From: an uncultured Phycisphaerales bacterium
GTDB lineage: Bacteria > Planctomycetota > Phycisphaerae > Phycisphaerales > SM1A02
Assembly: GCA_938084645.1 (NCBI GenBank)
Contig: CALKEP010000013.1
Location: 1-59,508, forward strand
Reading direction: 5' to 3'
Length of the DNA: 59,508 nucleotides
Part shown: in pieces, positions 1 to 9,129 of the stretch
How positions within the stretch are numbered: position 1 is the stretch's first letter
Layout: every line of letters starts with the position of its first letter
Notes under the pieces: model-generated
Databases searched by the model: none
Told to the model about the DNA's origin: nothing
What the model saw: the letters and a program-made list of their open reading frames with translations, nothing else
Translations under genes and position numbers: made by a program

Positions 1-1437
1 TTCGCCACCGTGGCCCGACTTCCCGAAGACTTCGAGCAGTACGCCGTTCCCTTTCTCGTGGACGGAGGGGTCTGCGTCCACCGATTCCGAGCACTTGGCC
101 CCAGTGGGATCTTCAAGGCGGCGGTGCCATCGGAGGATCGAACGCAGGCCGGCCTGCTGGCGCTGCCGGGCGGCGTCGACCTTCTGCGAGACGACACCGG
201 TGCACATCGTCCCCCGGACGAGCTTCAGATCGGCAACGGCGTCTCGGTCGAGCGGGTCGAACCCTCCGACATCCCCGGGGGCCACGGCCTCGGTCTCGCC
301 CCCGACTCGGTGTGCTATCGGGTCACCGGGAGTCCGACGGGCACCACCCGGCTGCTGGCGGCCCGCATCGACGACCCACACCCGCCGGGCGCGAACGCCA
401 CGTCGTCGACCGCGGTTCATCTTCAGGTCTGCAACCTGCTGAGCGGGAAGCTGCGACTCCAGACGCGGGTCTGGCGTGGCGGATTTTCCTACGAACGGAC
501 GCACAACATCGTCTCGACCGGTGACTGGAACGACATCGACGCCTGGTCACCGACGCTCCTCGCCCCCCGGACGTCGACGATCGCGCTCTACAACCCGATC
601 GACCCCGACTTCGCCTCGGTCGATTTCCTGCTGGTCATTCGCAGTCTGACCGATCGGACCGGCAAACCGAACTGGGTCCGGGAGGCGATCACCGACGGCG
701 TGGTGCCTTCCACCCGGGTGTCCCAGCCGCTGGGGATCCGAGGCGGCGAGTGGAGGGTGGGGGCCGAGCTTCAACTCCCACCGGACGGCCTGGACTACTC
801 GATCGGAACCCGCGTCGAGTCGATGCCGCTCTGCACCTTCGAATTCGGCGCCGGGAGGTATCTCGGACTTCGCTCCGGGATCAACGATGGATCCGTGCTC
901 ATCGAATCGATCGTCGGAACCGACTCCTGGTTCGTCGGACAGATGGAGGATCTCGATCTCAATCGTGGGGACACGATCAACGTCGATCTCCGGCGCCAGG
1001 GCGGTCGGATGTCGATCTCGGTGGTGGCGGCGGGAAGCCTCGGGGAGACACCGGCGACGGTGGTGCTCCCGATCATCCATGAAACGCCGCCCTCGCGGTT
1101 CATGCTCGGCGACGAGAACCACGAACTGGTGTCCTCCCTGATCCTGCGACGCGTCTACGTGGACACGCCGCGCCTCCCGGTTCCGGGACTGATCACGCCA
1201 TCGGAGGACTCCATCCGGGCCGACGGGCCCGCGGGTTCGACCGCGATCGACGCGGGACGGCCGGAGATCAGCCCCAAGGATCTCCTGTTCGAGATCATCC
1301 GCGGGCTCGGTACGGATCTCGATCGACGGTTCGATCCCCGGGACGTCGATGGTGACGGAGCGATCACCTTCCTCGACGTTCGAAGGCTGCTCGCGCGACC
1401 CGTCGCTGGTGACCGGGTCGGGCCGTCCCGGCGCTGA
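1..1437 (+). CDS. Hypothetical, probably secreted protein with a C-terminal dockerin/EF-hand-like motif (5'-partial)
   Basis: The frame is open from base 1. The C-terminus has DVDGDGAITFLDV (DxDxDG Ca-binding, dockerin-like) after a beta-rich body. Confidence 0.6.
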   Translation, partial: FATVARLPEDFEQYAVPFLVDGGVCVHRFRALGPSGIFKAAVPSEDRTQAGLLALPGGVDLLRDDTGAHRPPDELQIGNGVSVERVEPSDIPGGHGLGLAPDSVCYRVTGSPTGTTRLLAARIDDPHPPGANATSSTAVHLQVCNLLSGKLRLQTRVWRGGFSYERTHNIVSTGDWNDIDAWSPTLLAPRTSTIALYNPIDPDFASVDFLLVIRSLTDRTGKPNWVREAITDGVVPSTRVSQPLGIRGGEWRVGAELQLPPDGLDYSIGTRVESMPLCTFEFGAGRYLGLRSGINDGSVLIESIVGTDSWFVGQMEDLDLNRGDTINVDLRRQGGRMSISVVAAGSLGETPATVVLPIIHETPPSRFMLGDENHELVSSLILRRVYVDTPRLPVPGLITPSEDSIRADGPAGSTAIDAGRPEISPKDLLFEIIRGLGTDLDRRFDPRDVDGDGAITFLDVRRLLARPVAGDRVGPSRR

Positions 1438-1462
1438 TCGAGATTCTCGCGGCGATCGGGAA

Positions 1463-1948
1463 TCAGTCCCGACGAATCGCGACGAGGCCGCTCACCACGC
1501 CGATGTCGAGCCGTCGGTGGTCGTCCCCGAGTTCGAGACGCATCGAAGGCTTGGCACCGTTCACGAGCACCCCGCGGGGGTCGAATCGAACGCATCGATC
1601 CGTCAGGTCGGTCACCACCCGGATGCCGGCGAGATCGGTCGTTCGAGGGTCGTCGAACCGAACCGTCCACGGCTCGCCGTCGCCCCGGAGGATCGGTGTC
1701 GTTCGATCGGCGTCGCGTGCGAGCGACCATCCGCAGCCATCGGCAGCCACGACCAGCGTGACCGGATCGGCCGGATCCGAGATCGTGCGGTAGCGAGCCT
1801 GTTCGAGATCGTCCCGCAGCATCATGGAGGCCGCCGCGAGCCGCGAACCGGCATCGTTGCCGAGCAGGGGAATCGCGAGTCCCGCGATCCCGAGGACCAG
1901 CACGAGGACCGCGATCGTCTCGATCAGGGTGAGGCCTCGTCGATTCAC
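1463..1948 (-). CDS. Prepilin-type N-methylation protein (GspH/FimT-like pseudopilin)
   Basis: N-terminus MNRRG|LTLIET followed by a hydrophobic helix. C-terminal VRFDPRG is typical of FimT/GspH-like pilins. Confidence 0.8.
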   Translation of the reverse strand: MNRRGLTLIETIAVLVLVLGIAGLAIPLLGNDAGSRLAAASMMLRDDLEQARYRTISDPADPVTLVVAADGCGWSLARDADRTTPILRGDGEPWTVRFDDPRTTDLAGIRVVTDLTDRCVRFDPRGVLVNGAKPSMRLELGDDHRRLDIGVVSGLVAIRRD

Positions 1949-3549
1949 TTGTCACCTCGATTCGCGAGGCGCCATTCCCGTCGCTTGATCCGCCTCTCGG
2001 CGGCACTCAGGCCCGCCGCCCGCCAGGCGCGTCGGACCGAGCGCGGGATCTTCCGCCACCCTTGCGTCGTATCGAGATTCGATTCGTCGAGCGACACCAC
2101 GGGTGTCTCGATCGCCTCCGCGATCGAGTCGACCGCGGCGACGCTGGTTCGGTCCGCGACCTGCAGGGCGGGGAGGAGATCCCCGTCCTCGTCTCGATGC
2201 GGTCCCTGCGGCGAGGTGAGACCGACCACACGACCGTCGTCCGGCGCCGCGTAGACCACGGCACGTCCGCCGATCTCGATCGCGTCAGCGACGATGCGTC
2301 CGTGGAGGAGCACGTCATCCTCGACGCGGACGTCCGAATCGGGAGCGATCACCACCGCGGTCACCATCGCATCGCCTTCGATCACGATGGTCGATCCCGG
2401 CCCACCGGTGAGATTGACGGGATTCGGATCGACCTCGACCGGCAGCATGCCCGCCGAGGTCAGCGCATCACGATCGGTCGCGTCGGTGGGACCGATGCCG
2501 CCGTCCTCGATTCGGAGTTCCCGGCCGCCTCGGATCAGGAGCCGGCCGGCGGGGGCCACGGCGATCTCCGCATCGTGGATCGAGACCAGGGCGTCCCCGT
2601 CGATGACGAGGGTGCCTCGCGCGACCTCGATCGCGGCGCCGGATTCGATCCGGAAGTCACCGCGACTGTGGAGGATCCGGTCGCCCTCGATGAGGATCCG
2701 CGTGCCGGCTCGGATTCGGATCGAGGGGGCGTCGATGTCGGTGGCGGGGGTCGCGTCGAGCACCACCGGCGTCTCGGTCCGGCCTTCCCGGGCGATGGGA
2801 ATCGTCGGTGCGGCGATCGCGGGGAGCGCATCGGGAAGGAGTCGGATCCCAGCGGGGTCCTCGCCCATTTCGTAGCAGCGGGCATCGACCATGACCACTT
2901 CGCAACCACTCGTGATCGCGGTATCCGTGACCTCGAAGTCGTGGGGATCGCCACCGAGGGTTCCCACCACCAGCGGTGCCGAAGGTCCGCCGTCGGACCC
3001 CGCCCAGGCGAGCAGGGCTGCGTCGTCTTCGAGTCTGATCTGCGACTCCGCGAGCAATGCAGTCTCCCCGAAGGCGAGATCGAGCGGGCGATCGATCATC
3101 GGAGAGACGTCGAACGTCTCCTCGGCGATCATCGCGAGTCCGTCGATGTCGGCGGTGCAGGCGATCCGGATCTGAAGCGTGCCTTCGGTGGGCGGTCGGT
3201 TCGTCGTCGCATCGAGCACCCGTGCGGTGCACAGGCCGTCGGCGATCCTGAACGGTGCGTCGAGCGTGCCTGCCGCGACCTCCTCGATCCAATCGTCGGA
3301 GGCGAGGATCGACGTGACGATCAGCTCCAGCCCGCTTTCCGCGGTCCGTCGGGCCTGGGCGGCGTCGCTGATCCGGACCGAGACCGGAACCGACTCGCGT
3401 CGTCCGTCGAGGAACGTCGCGACCATCATGAGGCCGATCGCGAGGGCGACGAGGACCAGCACCAGTGCGGCGCCGCGTGGCGTCCGTCGATGAAGTCGAT
3501 GGTCGGTTGGATGCATCGTCATGCTCCTCATGCTTCTCATGGTCGCCAT
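1945..3549 (-). CDS. PilX/GspK-like large minor pilin
   Basis: RG|AALVLVLVAL (no E5, as in PilX/GspK), then AQARRTAESGL. The C-terminal region looks beta-helix-like (IAPDSDV...LHGRIVA). The exact start Met is uncertain. Confidence 0.7.
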   Translation of the reverse strand: MATMRSMRSMTMHPTDHRLHRRTPRGAALVLVLVALAIGLMMVATFLDGRRESVPVSVRISDAAQARRTAESGLELIVTSILASDDWIEEVAAGTLDAPFRIADGLCTARVLDATTNRPPTEGTLQIRIACTADIDGLAMIAEETFDVSPMIDRPLDLAFGETALLAESQIRLEDDAALLAWAGSDGGPSAPLVVGTLGGDPHDFEVTDTAITSGCEVVMVDARCYEMGEDPAGIRLLPDALPAIAAPTIPIAREGRTETPVVLDATPATDIDAPSIRIRAGTRILIEGDRILHSRGDFRIESGAAIEVARGTLVIDGDALVSIHDAEIAVAPAGRLLIRGGRELRIEDGGIGPTDATDRDALTSAGMLPVEVDPNPVNLTGGPGSTIVIEGDAMVTAVVIAPDSDVRVEDDVLLHGRIVADAIEIGGRAVVYAAPDDGRVVGLTSPQGPHRDEDGDLLPALQVADRTSVAAVDSIAEAIETPVVSLDESNLDTTQGWRKIPRSVRRAWRAAGLSAAERRIKRREWRLANRGDK

Positions 3550-4154
3550 GCCTCGGGGTGAAGGTCGTGGCAGGAGACGATCGCGGTCGCCTCCAGCGGG
3601 CCGGTCGCGAGATCGAAGGTGAGGTCGATGCGAATCTCCCGGGACCGTGGATTCGAGATCGTCGATCCGATCACGGTGTCGAGAAGTCCGTCGACGAGCA
3701 CGTCCCGGTGGAGGATTCCGGCGTCGTCGGCGTGTCTGAAAGCCTCGTCCAGGTCGATGGGGCCGGAGATGGGACGGTCGTGTTCGGCTCGTTCGAGTGG
3801 GGTCCAGTCATCGGGAAACCGGATCTCGAATCGCAGGAGTTCGCCGCGGACCGGATCGAATTCAAGCCAGCGAAGTTCGCTCGGCTCGACCCGGCCACCG
3901 GCAACGACGTCACCGTTCCAGAGCACCATCGAACGGCCGTCGTCGCTTCGCTCGAGGACCGATGCGATGCCTGAGAGATCCTCCGTCAGTCGCCCGTGCG
4001 TCGCCGCGGTGGCGAGGAGTCCGGTCCTGGTGTCGGAACCGAGTGCGATGCCGGTCGCGATCCCGCCGAGCATCGCCGCGACGCCCGCGGCCACCAGCAC
4101 GGTGATCGCAAGCGAGAGAACCAGTTCGAGCATGGTGAATCCACGTCGGTTCAT
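3537..4154 (-). CDS. Prepilin-type N-methylation protein (PilW/GspJ-like)
   Basis: MNRRG|FTMLELVLSLAI class III signal; overlaps both neighbours. Confidence 0.8.
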   Translation of the reverse strand: MNRRGFTMLELVLSLAITVLVAAGVAAMLGGIATGIALGSDTRTGLLATAATHGRLTEDLSGIASVLERSDDGRSMVLWNGDVVAGGRVEPSELRWLEFDPVRGELLRFEIRFPDDWTPLERAEHDRPISGPIDLDEAFRHADDAGILHRDVLVDGLLDTVIGSTISNPRSREIRIDLTFDLATGPLEATAIVSCHDLHPEAWRP

Positions 4155-4600
4155 GAATCGGGTTCCGGGTCGGGAATCCAGCGGGAGATCGATGCGGTGG
4201 TTCGTTGCTCGCGATCGAAGATCTCCACGATGATCGCTCGACCGGGGATCGCGTTCGGTTCGAAGATGGTGTGTGTGCGTCGCTCGACGCGGACGCGACG
4301 TCCGACCCGTTGCATCGCGGGGGCGAGGAAGACGCCTTCCGCATCCACCAGTTGGCCGGGGGCCTCCTCGTGGTCGTTCCAGTCGTCGATGCGATCGAAA
4401 TCGGAGTTGAGCACGCGGGCGAGGAGATCCTCGGCCGCCACCGTCGCCGCGAGTTCGTCGGCGGCGACTTCCGCGTGGGCCCGGCCGGAGGCGACCGCCG
4501 AGAAGACCGCGGTGATCGCGACGGCGAGAATCGCCGAGGCGACGATCGATTCGACGAGGGTCAGGCCGCGGGGGATGCCCTCGGGACGTTGTCCACGCAT
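4151..4600 (-). CDS. Prepilin-type N-methylation protein (PilV/GspI-like)
   Basis: RG|LTLVESIVASAIL; strong SD (GAGGAG) upstream; ATGA overlap with the next gene. Confidence 0.8.
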   Translation of the reverse strand: MRGQRPEGIPRGLTLVESIVASAILAVAITAVFSAVASGRAHAEVAADELAATVAAEDLLARVLNSDFDRIDDWNDHEEAPGQLVDAEGVFLAPAMQRVGRRVRVERRTHTIFEPNAIPGRAIIVEIFDREQRTTASISRWIPDPEPDS

Positions 4601-4792
4601 GTTCTCCTCCTCAAGTCGGGGCGTGAACGGCCTCGCACCGACCTCAAGGGGATCGGCTCGATCCGGGCGGTGTCCGTGACGACCCCGCCGGTCGCCCGCC
4701 CGTCGCGGGTTCTCGGGTCCTCTTCGTCGGGGAATCCCGCACGACCCGGACGACCCGACGTCCGAGATCGATCGGACGAGGACGTGGACGGC

Positions 4793-4821
4793 TTGCGACT
4801 TGGGCGCCCGCCCGCGACGAT
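4793..4821 (+). promoter_or_regulatory. Putative sigma-70 promoter for lptF (leaderless geometry)
   Basis: TTGCGA-N17-GACGAT, ending 6 nt before ATG 4828. Confidence 0.4.
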
Positions 4822-4827
4822 GGCGGG

Positions 4828-6453
4828 ATGCTCCGTCTGCTCACCCGCTATCTGGCGGGAGAATTCCTCAAGACGATCCTCCTCACCACCCTGATTCTCG
4901 TGGCGGTGATCGCGTTCGGAACCGCCATCAAGCCCCTGTCCAGGAATCTGCTGGGCGGGGCCGACATCCTGAAGTACGTCTTCTTCGCCGCGATTCCGAT
5001 GATGGAGTACGCCCTGCCCTTCGCGGCGGGGTTCGGGGCGACGCTGGTCATGCACCGCCTCGCGACCGACAACGAGATCCTCGCGATGGGGGCGAGCGGC
5101 TTGTCGCCGAGCCGCATCTTCAGGCCGATCTTCGTCCTGGCGGCGGTGCTGCTGCTGGTGATGCTCGCCCTGGTGGAGTTTCTCGTGCCGATGTTCTGGT
5201 CGAGGATGGAGTCGCTGCTCGCCCACGACGTGACTCGCCTGCTGGCGTCCGCGGTGGAACGTGGCGAGGCGTTTTCGATGGGGGACACCCGGATCTACGC
5301 CGACGACGTCCTGGTGCAGGAAGCCCCGGACGGCTCGACCGCCGACACCCGACTGGTGCTGGTGGGCGTGGCCGCGTTGCAGCTCGACTCCGCCGGACGC
5401 CCGGAGACGGAATTCACCGCCGACTACGCCACGATGGATCTCTATCGTCTCGATGGGCGATCGGTGCTGAAGCTCGTGCTCGGTGATGCGACCCTCTTCC
5501 GGGCCGGGGACGCGACGCTGGTCCGTCTTCCGACCGCCGAACCACGAGCGATCGATCTCGGACGCGGTTTCCGGCTCGGTGTCAAGATGCTGACGCTTCC
5601 CGAGATGTACCGGATCAAGGCGGAACCGACCCGGTTCCCCGGCCTCGGTGACAGCGTCGCGCGGCTCGAGGAGCTGCTGCATCGAGATGCGACCCATCGC
5701 CTGCTCGCCGACGCCTTCGCGACGGGGGAGTCCGTCGAACTCCGGGATGTCGCGCGGGACGCCGCGTGGCGGATCCGCTCGCAGGAGGGTGTGACCTTCG
5801 AGGAGGGCGTGTTCACGATCGCACGTCCCTCGGTGGAGATGGTGTTCCCCGACGGCCGAATCGCCCGGGCGACGGGTTCGGGTCTGCGGCTCATGGAGTC
5901 CTGGCGCGACGGCGAGGCGGTCTTCGACGCCGAACTGCTCGAGCCCGTCGCGGTCGAGGAACCTGCCGCTGGCGGACGCGTCTTTCCCGCGAAGATCAGG
6001 AACCTGGTCGTTCCGCCGGGGCGCGTCGACTTCGACGAGACGGCGACCCCCGCGGACATCGTCGCCACCGCCCGGAGCCTGGACGTCGATTCGATCGCCT
6101 CCGCGTCCCTTCGCGCGAAGTTCGAAGCGGAACTCGCGTCGCACGAACGATCGGCACGGAATCTGATCTGGGACATCGACGGACGGATGCAACAACGCCT
6201 CGCCCAGGCCTGCATGGGTCCGTTGCTCCTGATCCTGGGCTCCGTGCTGGCGGTCCTCATGCGCAATTCGCCGCCGCTGACCGTCTACGTCTTCGCCTTC
6301 ATCCCGGCCATTCTCGACATCGTCCTGATCTCGGGTGGTGAGCAGTTGCTTCGGCGTGAGCCCGATTTCTGGGGCTATCTGCTCATCTGGTCTGGAAATC
6401 TCATTCTCGGCGGTACCTGTCTCGTCGCCTGGTCCCGTCTTCGTCGCAACTGA
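4828..6453 (+). CDS. lptF: LptF/LptG family LPS export permease
   Basis: LLTRYLAGEFLK start, three N-terminal TM helices, RLATDNEILAMGASGLS motif, three C-terminal TM helices; tandem with a paralog. Confidence 0.8.
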   Translation: MLRLLTRYLAGEFLKTILLTTLILVAVIAFGTAIKPLSRNLLGGADILKYVFFAAIPMMEYALPFAAGFGATLVMHRLATDNEILAMGASGLSPSRIFRPIFVLAAVLLLVMLALVEFLVPMFWSRMESLLAHDVTRLLASAVERGEAFSMGDTRIYADDVLVQEAPDGSTADTRLVLVGVAALQLDSAGRPETEFTADYATMDLYRLDGRSVLKLVLGDATLFRAGDATLVRLPTAEPRAIDLGRGFRLGVKMLTLPEMYRIKAEPTRFPGLGDSVARLEELLHRDATHRLLADAFATGESVELRDVARDAAWRIRSQEGVTFEEGVFTIARPSVEMVFPDGRIARATGSGLRLMESWRDGEAVFDAELLEPVAVEEPAAGGRVFPAKIRNLVVPPGRVDFDETATPADIVATARSLDVDSIASASLRAKFEAELASHERSARNLIWDIDGRMQQRLAQACMGPLLLILGSVLAVLMRNSPPLTVYVFAFIPAILDIVLISGGEQLLRREPDFWGYLLIWSGNLILGGTCLVAWSRLRRN

Positions 6454-6463
6454 ATCGAAGGTC

Positions 6464-7576
6464 ATGCTGCTTCTCGATCGTCACATCATCCTTCGATTCC
6501 TCGGGAACTTCGCGCTCCTGTTCACGTTGTTGTTCGTGTTCGCGATCTCGATCGACGTGGTCGTCCAGTTCGACGAGTTCGTCGAGGCGGCGGAGTTCGT
6601 CGCGGAGCGCGATGGCCGCTGGGTGCCGGTCGTCTTCGTGCAGGGCGTGCTGGACTTCCACGGCCCGCGGATCTTCCAGTTCTACGCGTTCATGGTGGGC
6701 CTCGTCGGCGTGGCGGCGGCGGGGTTCACGCTGGTGCAGATGCACCGGAGCCGTGAACTGGTCGCGATCATGGCCGCGGGCATCCCGTTGCACCGGATCG
6801 CCGCCGCGATCATCGCGGCTCAGGTCGGCCTGGTGCTGCTGCAGCTCGTGGATCAGGAGATCATCCTTCCGAGACTGGCCACGAAGTTGAACCGCGTCCA
6901 CGATCGGGTGCTCCAGCCCGGCGTGGAGACCTTCGAGGTGCCACTCGCCCGGGATGCGCAGGGCGCCCTGCTCTTCGCGTCCTCGATCGATCCCAACGCG
7001 GGGACCGCGAAGTCGCTGCTCGTCCTGCGACGCGGCGAGACCGGCGTCGCCGAGGAACGCATCACGGCACCGTCCGCGACCTGGGACGATGCGATCGAGG
7101 GTTGGCGGCTCGAGGGCGGCCGGGTGGTGGGGACCCGAACCGGCGATGACGGACGGCTCGCGCTGCGAAGCGAGATCGACGTCTGGGAGACCGATCTGTC
7201 GCCCCAGAAGCTGCTCGCACGGCGAAGCAAGAACTTCGCCCAGATGCTCTCGATCAGCCAGCTCCGGTCGATGCGGGGAGACGGCGGGGCGTCCGACGGC
7301 GGACTCGACCGGGTGATCTTCGGACGGTTCAGCGGCGCCCTGGTGAACCTGCTGGTGATGGCGATCGTGGTGCCGTTCTTCCTCGAACGGACCGCGGCCG
7401 TGAACATGCTGGGGCAGTCGATGAAGGCGGCGGCGGTCGCGATCGGAATTCTCGTCGGCACGCTGGCCGCGACCACCGTGGCGATCGGCGATCTTCCGCC
7501 CGGCGTGGGGGCGTTCCTTCCCGTCGCCATCCTCCTGCCGGTCGCCTTCGGGCGACTCGCCTACCTCCGGAGCTGA
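6464..7576 (+). CDS. lptG: LptF/LptG family LPS export permease
   Basis: MLLLDRHIILRFL start (ATG 6464 preferred to 6335); MHRSRELVAIMAAGIPLHRI motif. Confidence 0.8.
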   Translation: MLLLDRHIILRFLGNFALLFTLLFVFAISIDVVVQFDEFVEAAEFVAERDGRWVPVVFVQGVLDFHGPRIFQFYAFMVGLVGVAAAGFTLVQMHRSRELVAIMAAGIPLHRIAAAIIAAQVGLVLLQLVDQEIILPRLATKLNRVHDRVLQPGVETFEVPLARDAQGALLFASSIDPNAGTAKSLLVLRRGETGVAEERITAPSATWDDAIEGWRLEGGRVVGTRTGDDGRLALRSEIDVWETDLSPQKLLARRSKNFAQMLSISQLRSMRGDGGASDGGLDRVIFGRFSGALVNLLVMAIVVPFFLERTAAVNMLGQSMKAAAVAIGILVGTLAATTVAIGDLPPGVGAFLPVAILLPVAFGRLAYLRS

Positions 7577-7592
7577 CCGAGGTCGGGCGGCG

Positions 7593-8627
7593 TCACTCGC
7601 CCCGGGGCATGCTCCAACGGAGCGAGGGATCGATCGGATCGATCGCATTCTCCGGAACCAGTCGGCGCGCGAGTCGATCCATCAGAAGTCGTTCGATCGC
7701 AAGTCGCGCCGCCGCCTCGGCGTCGTCCCGCGCGGCGTCGAGCGAGACGCCGGTGCCCGGGCGTTCCGCTTCGACGAGGATGAGCAGCGTTCGAGCGTCG
7801 ATCCGGACCGGTTCGGAGACCCGGCCGATCTCCGCGTCGAACACCGCCCTGCGGAACGCGACGGGCCAGGAGGGATCGAGTCGACTGACCGGCGCAAGCA
7901 GTCCGCCTCGATCCGCGCTCGCATCGAGACTCCGTTCGACGGCGACCGTCGCGAACGGCGTCCCGGCATCCAGGCTTCGGCGGGCATCCGACGCGGCCCG
8001 GAGATCCTCGACCACCACGATCCTCGCGACCCGCCGCGGGCCATGGGCGAGATCGTGGGCGCCTTCAAGCGCCGCATCCGTGATCTCGACCTCCTCGGCC
8101 ACCAGTCGACGCAGCAGCGCGGTCCGCCGAAGCAGGGCTTCGAACCGAATCGGTCCGAGGCCCCGATTCCGTCGGAGTTCGTCGAGCAGGCGTTCGGCGC
8201 GATCGGGGTCCTCCGCGAGCGTCACGGTGAGGAGATTCCGTTCACGCTGGAGATCGTCGGCATCGATCTCGATCCCCTCCCGGGCGGCCTCGCGGGCGAG
8301 TCGGGCGTCGAGCACGCGTTCGCGCACGATTCGTCCGCCGACGGCTTCGAGGAGCTGGGGTTCGATTTCGGCGATGGTGACGCGTTCGCGACCCACGAGG
8401 GCGATCGGACGGGGTGGCGGCGGGGCCTGGACCTCGTACCGGGCCGAGCCGGTCGATGAAGCAGTCTCGCATCCGCCGGACCCGAGCATCGGAAGGAGGA
8501 GGACCGGCAGGCGGAGAACCCGGGTGCCGAGACGCCGGATGCGTGGAATCGTGGCGAGGCGGGGTTGGAATCGTGTTCGGGGGATCGACATGCGGCGAGG
8601 CTCCCACGGCCGGCCTGCATTCGTCAA
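7593..8627 (-). CDS. Parvulin/PpiC-type peptidyl-prolyl isomerase (PrsA-like lipoprotein)
   Basis: FATVAVERSLDASADRGGLL and FRRAVF...GRVSEPV rotamase motifs; lipobox-like LGSGGC. Start uncertain (8592 possible). Confidence 0.75.
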   Translation of the reverse strand: MTNAGRPWEPRRMSIPRTRFQPRLATIPRIRRLGTRVLRLPVLLLPMLGSGGCETASSTGSARYEVQAPPPPRPIALVGRERVTIAEIEPQLLEAVGGRIVRERVLDARLAREAAREGIEIDADDLQRERNLLTVTLAEDPDRAERLLDELRRNRGLGPIRFEALLRRTALLRRLVAEEVEITDAALEGAHDLAHGPRRVARIVVVEDLRAASDARRSLDAGTPFATVAVERSLDASADRGGLLAPVSRLDPSWPVAFRRAVFDAEIGRVSEPVRIDARTLLILVEAERPGTGVSLDAARDDAEAAARLAIERLLMDRLARRLVPENAIDPIDPSLRWSMPRGE

Positions 8628-8655
8628 GCGCCTCGAGGTGAACTACCCTCCGGGA

Positions 8656-9114
8656 ATGTCCGAGTCGAAGTCAGGAAAGGTCGTGGTGTGTCCGTACTGC
8701 GGGAAGGGTCAGCCGGCGTCGGCCACCTGCGTCGCCTGCAACGGCGAATTCTCGCCGTTGAGCCGTCAGGCGACCCAGAACGAGATGGGTCCCTGGTTCG
8801 TTCGCGATGAATCCCGGCCGTTCCGCCCCGGGATCGCCTACGAGCGTCTTCTCGTGATGATCGACGAGTCGAGAGTGACGCGGTACACCGTGCTGCGAGG
8901 GCCGACGACCGGACAGTTGTGGACGGTCGCGAAGTGCGTGCCGTGCGTCGCGCACCATCTCGGCGACTGCCATGCCTGCCGGGCGAAGATCGAGCCGCAT
9001 CTCGCATCCTGTCCCGCGTGCGGGGTGCGATTCGGGGCGTGGCTCGATCGAAACCACCTCGGACTTCCCGACATTCGCCCACTTCCGTGGGATCCGGACG
9101 GCGTCGAGGACTGA
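8656..9114 (+). CDS. Small multi-zinc-ribbon protein
   Basis: Four CxxC pairs (CPYC, CVAC, CHAC, CPAC); forms the 3' part of ORF 7609..9114; TACCCT 6 nt upstream of ATG 8656. Confidence 0.7.
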   Translation: MSESKSGKVVVCPYCGKGQPASATCVACNGEFSPLSRQATQNEMGPWFVRDESRPFRPGIAYERLLVMIDESRVTRYTVLRGPTTGQLWTVAKCVPCVAHHLGDCHACRAKIEPHLASCPACGVRFGAWLDRNHLGLPDIRPLPWDPDGVED

Positions 9115-9129
9115 CCGATCGGTGGGGCC

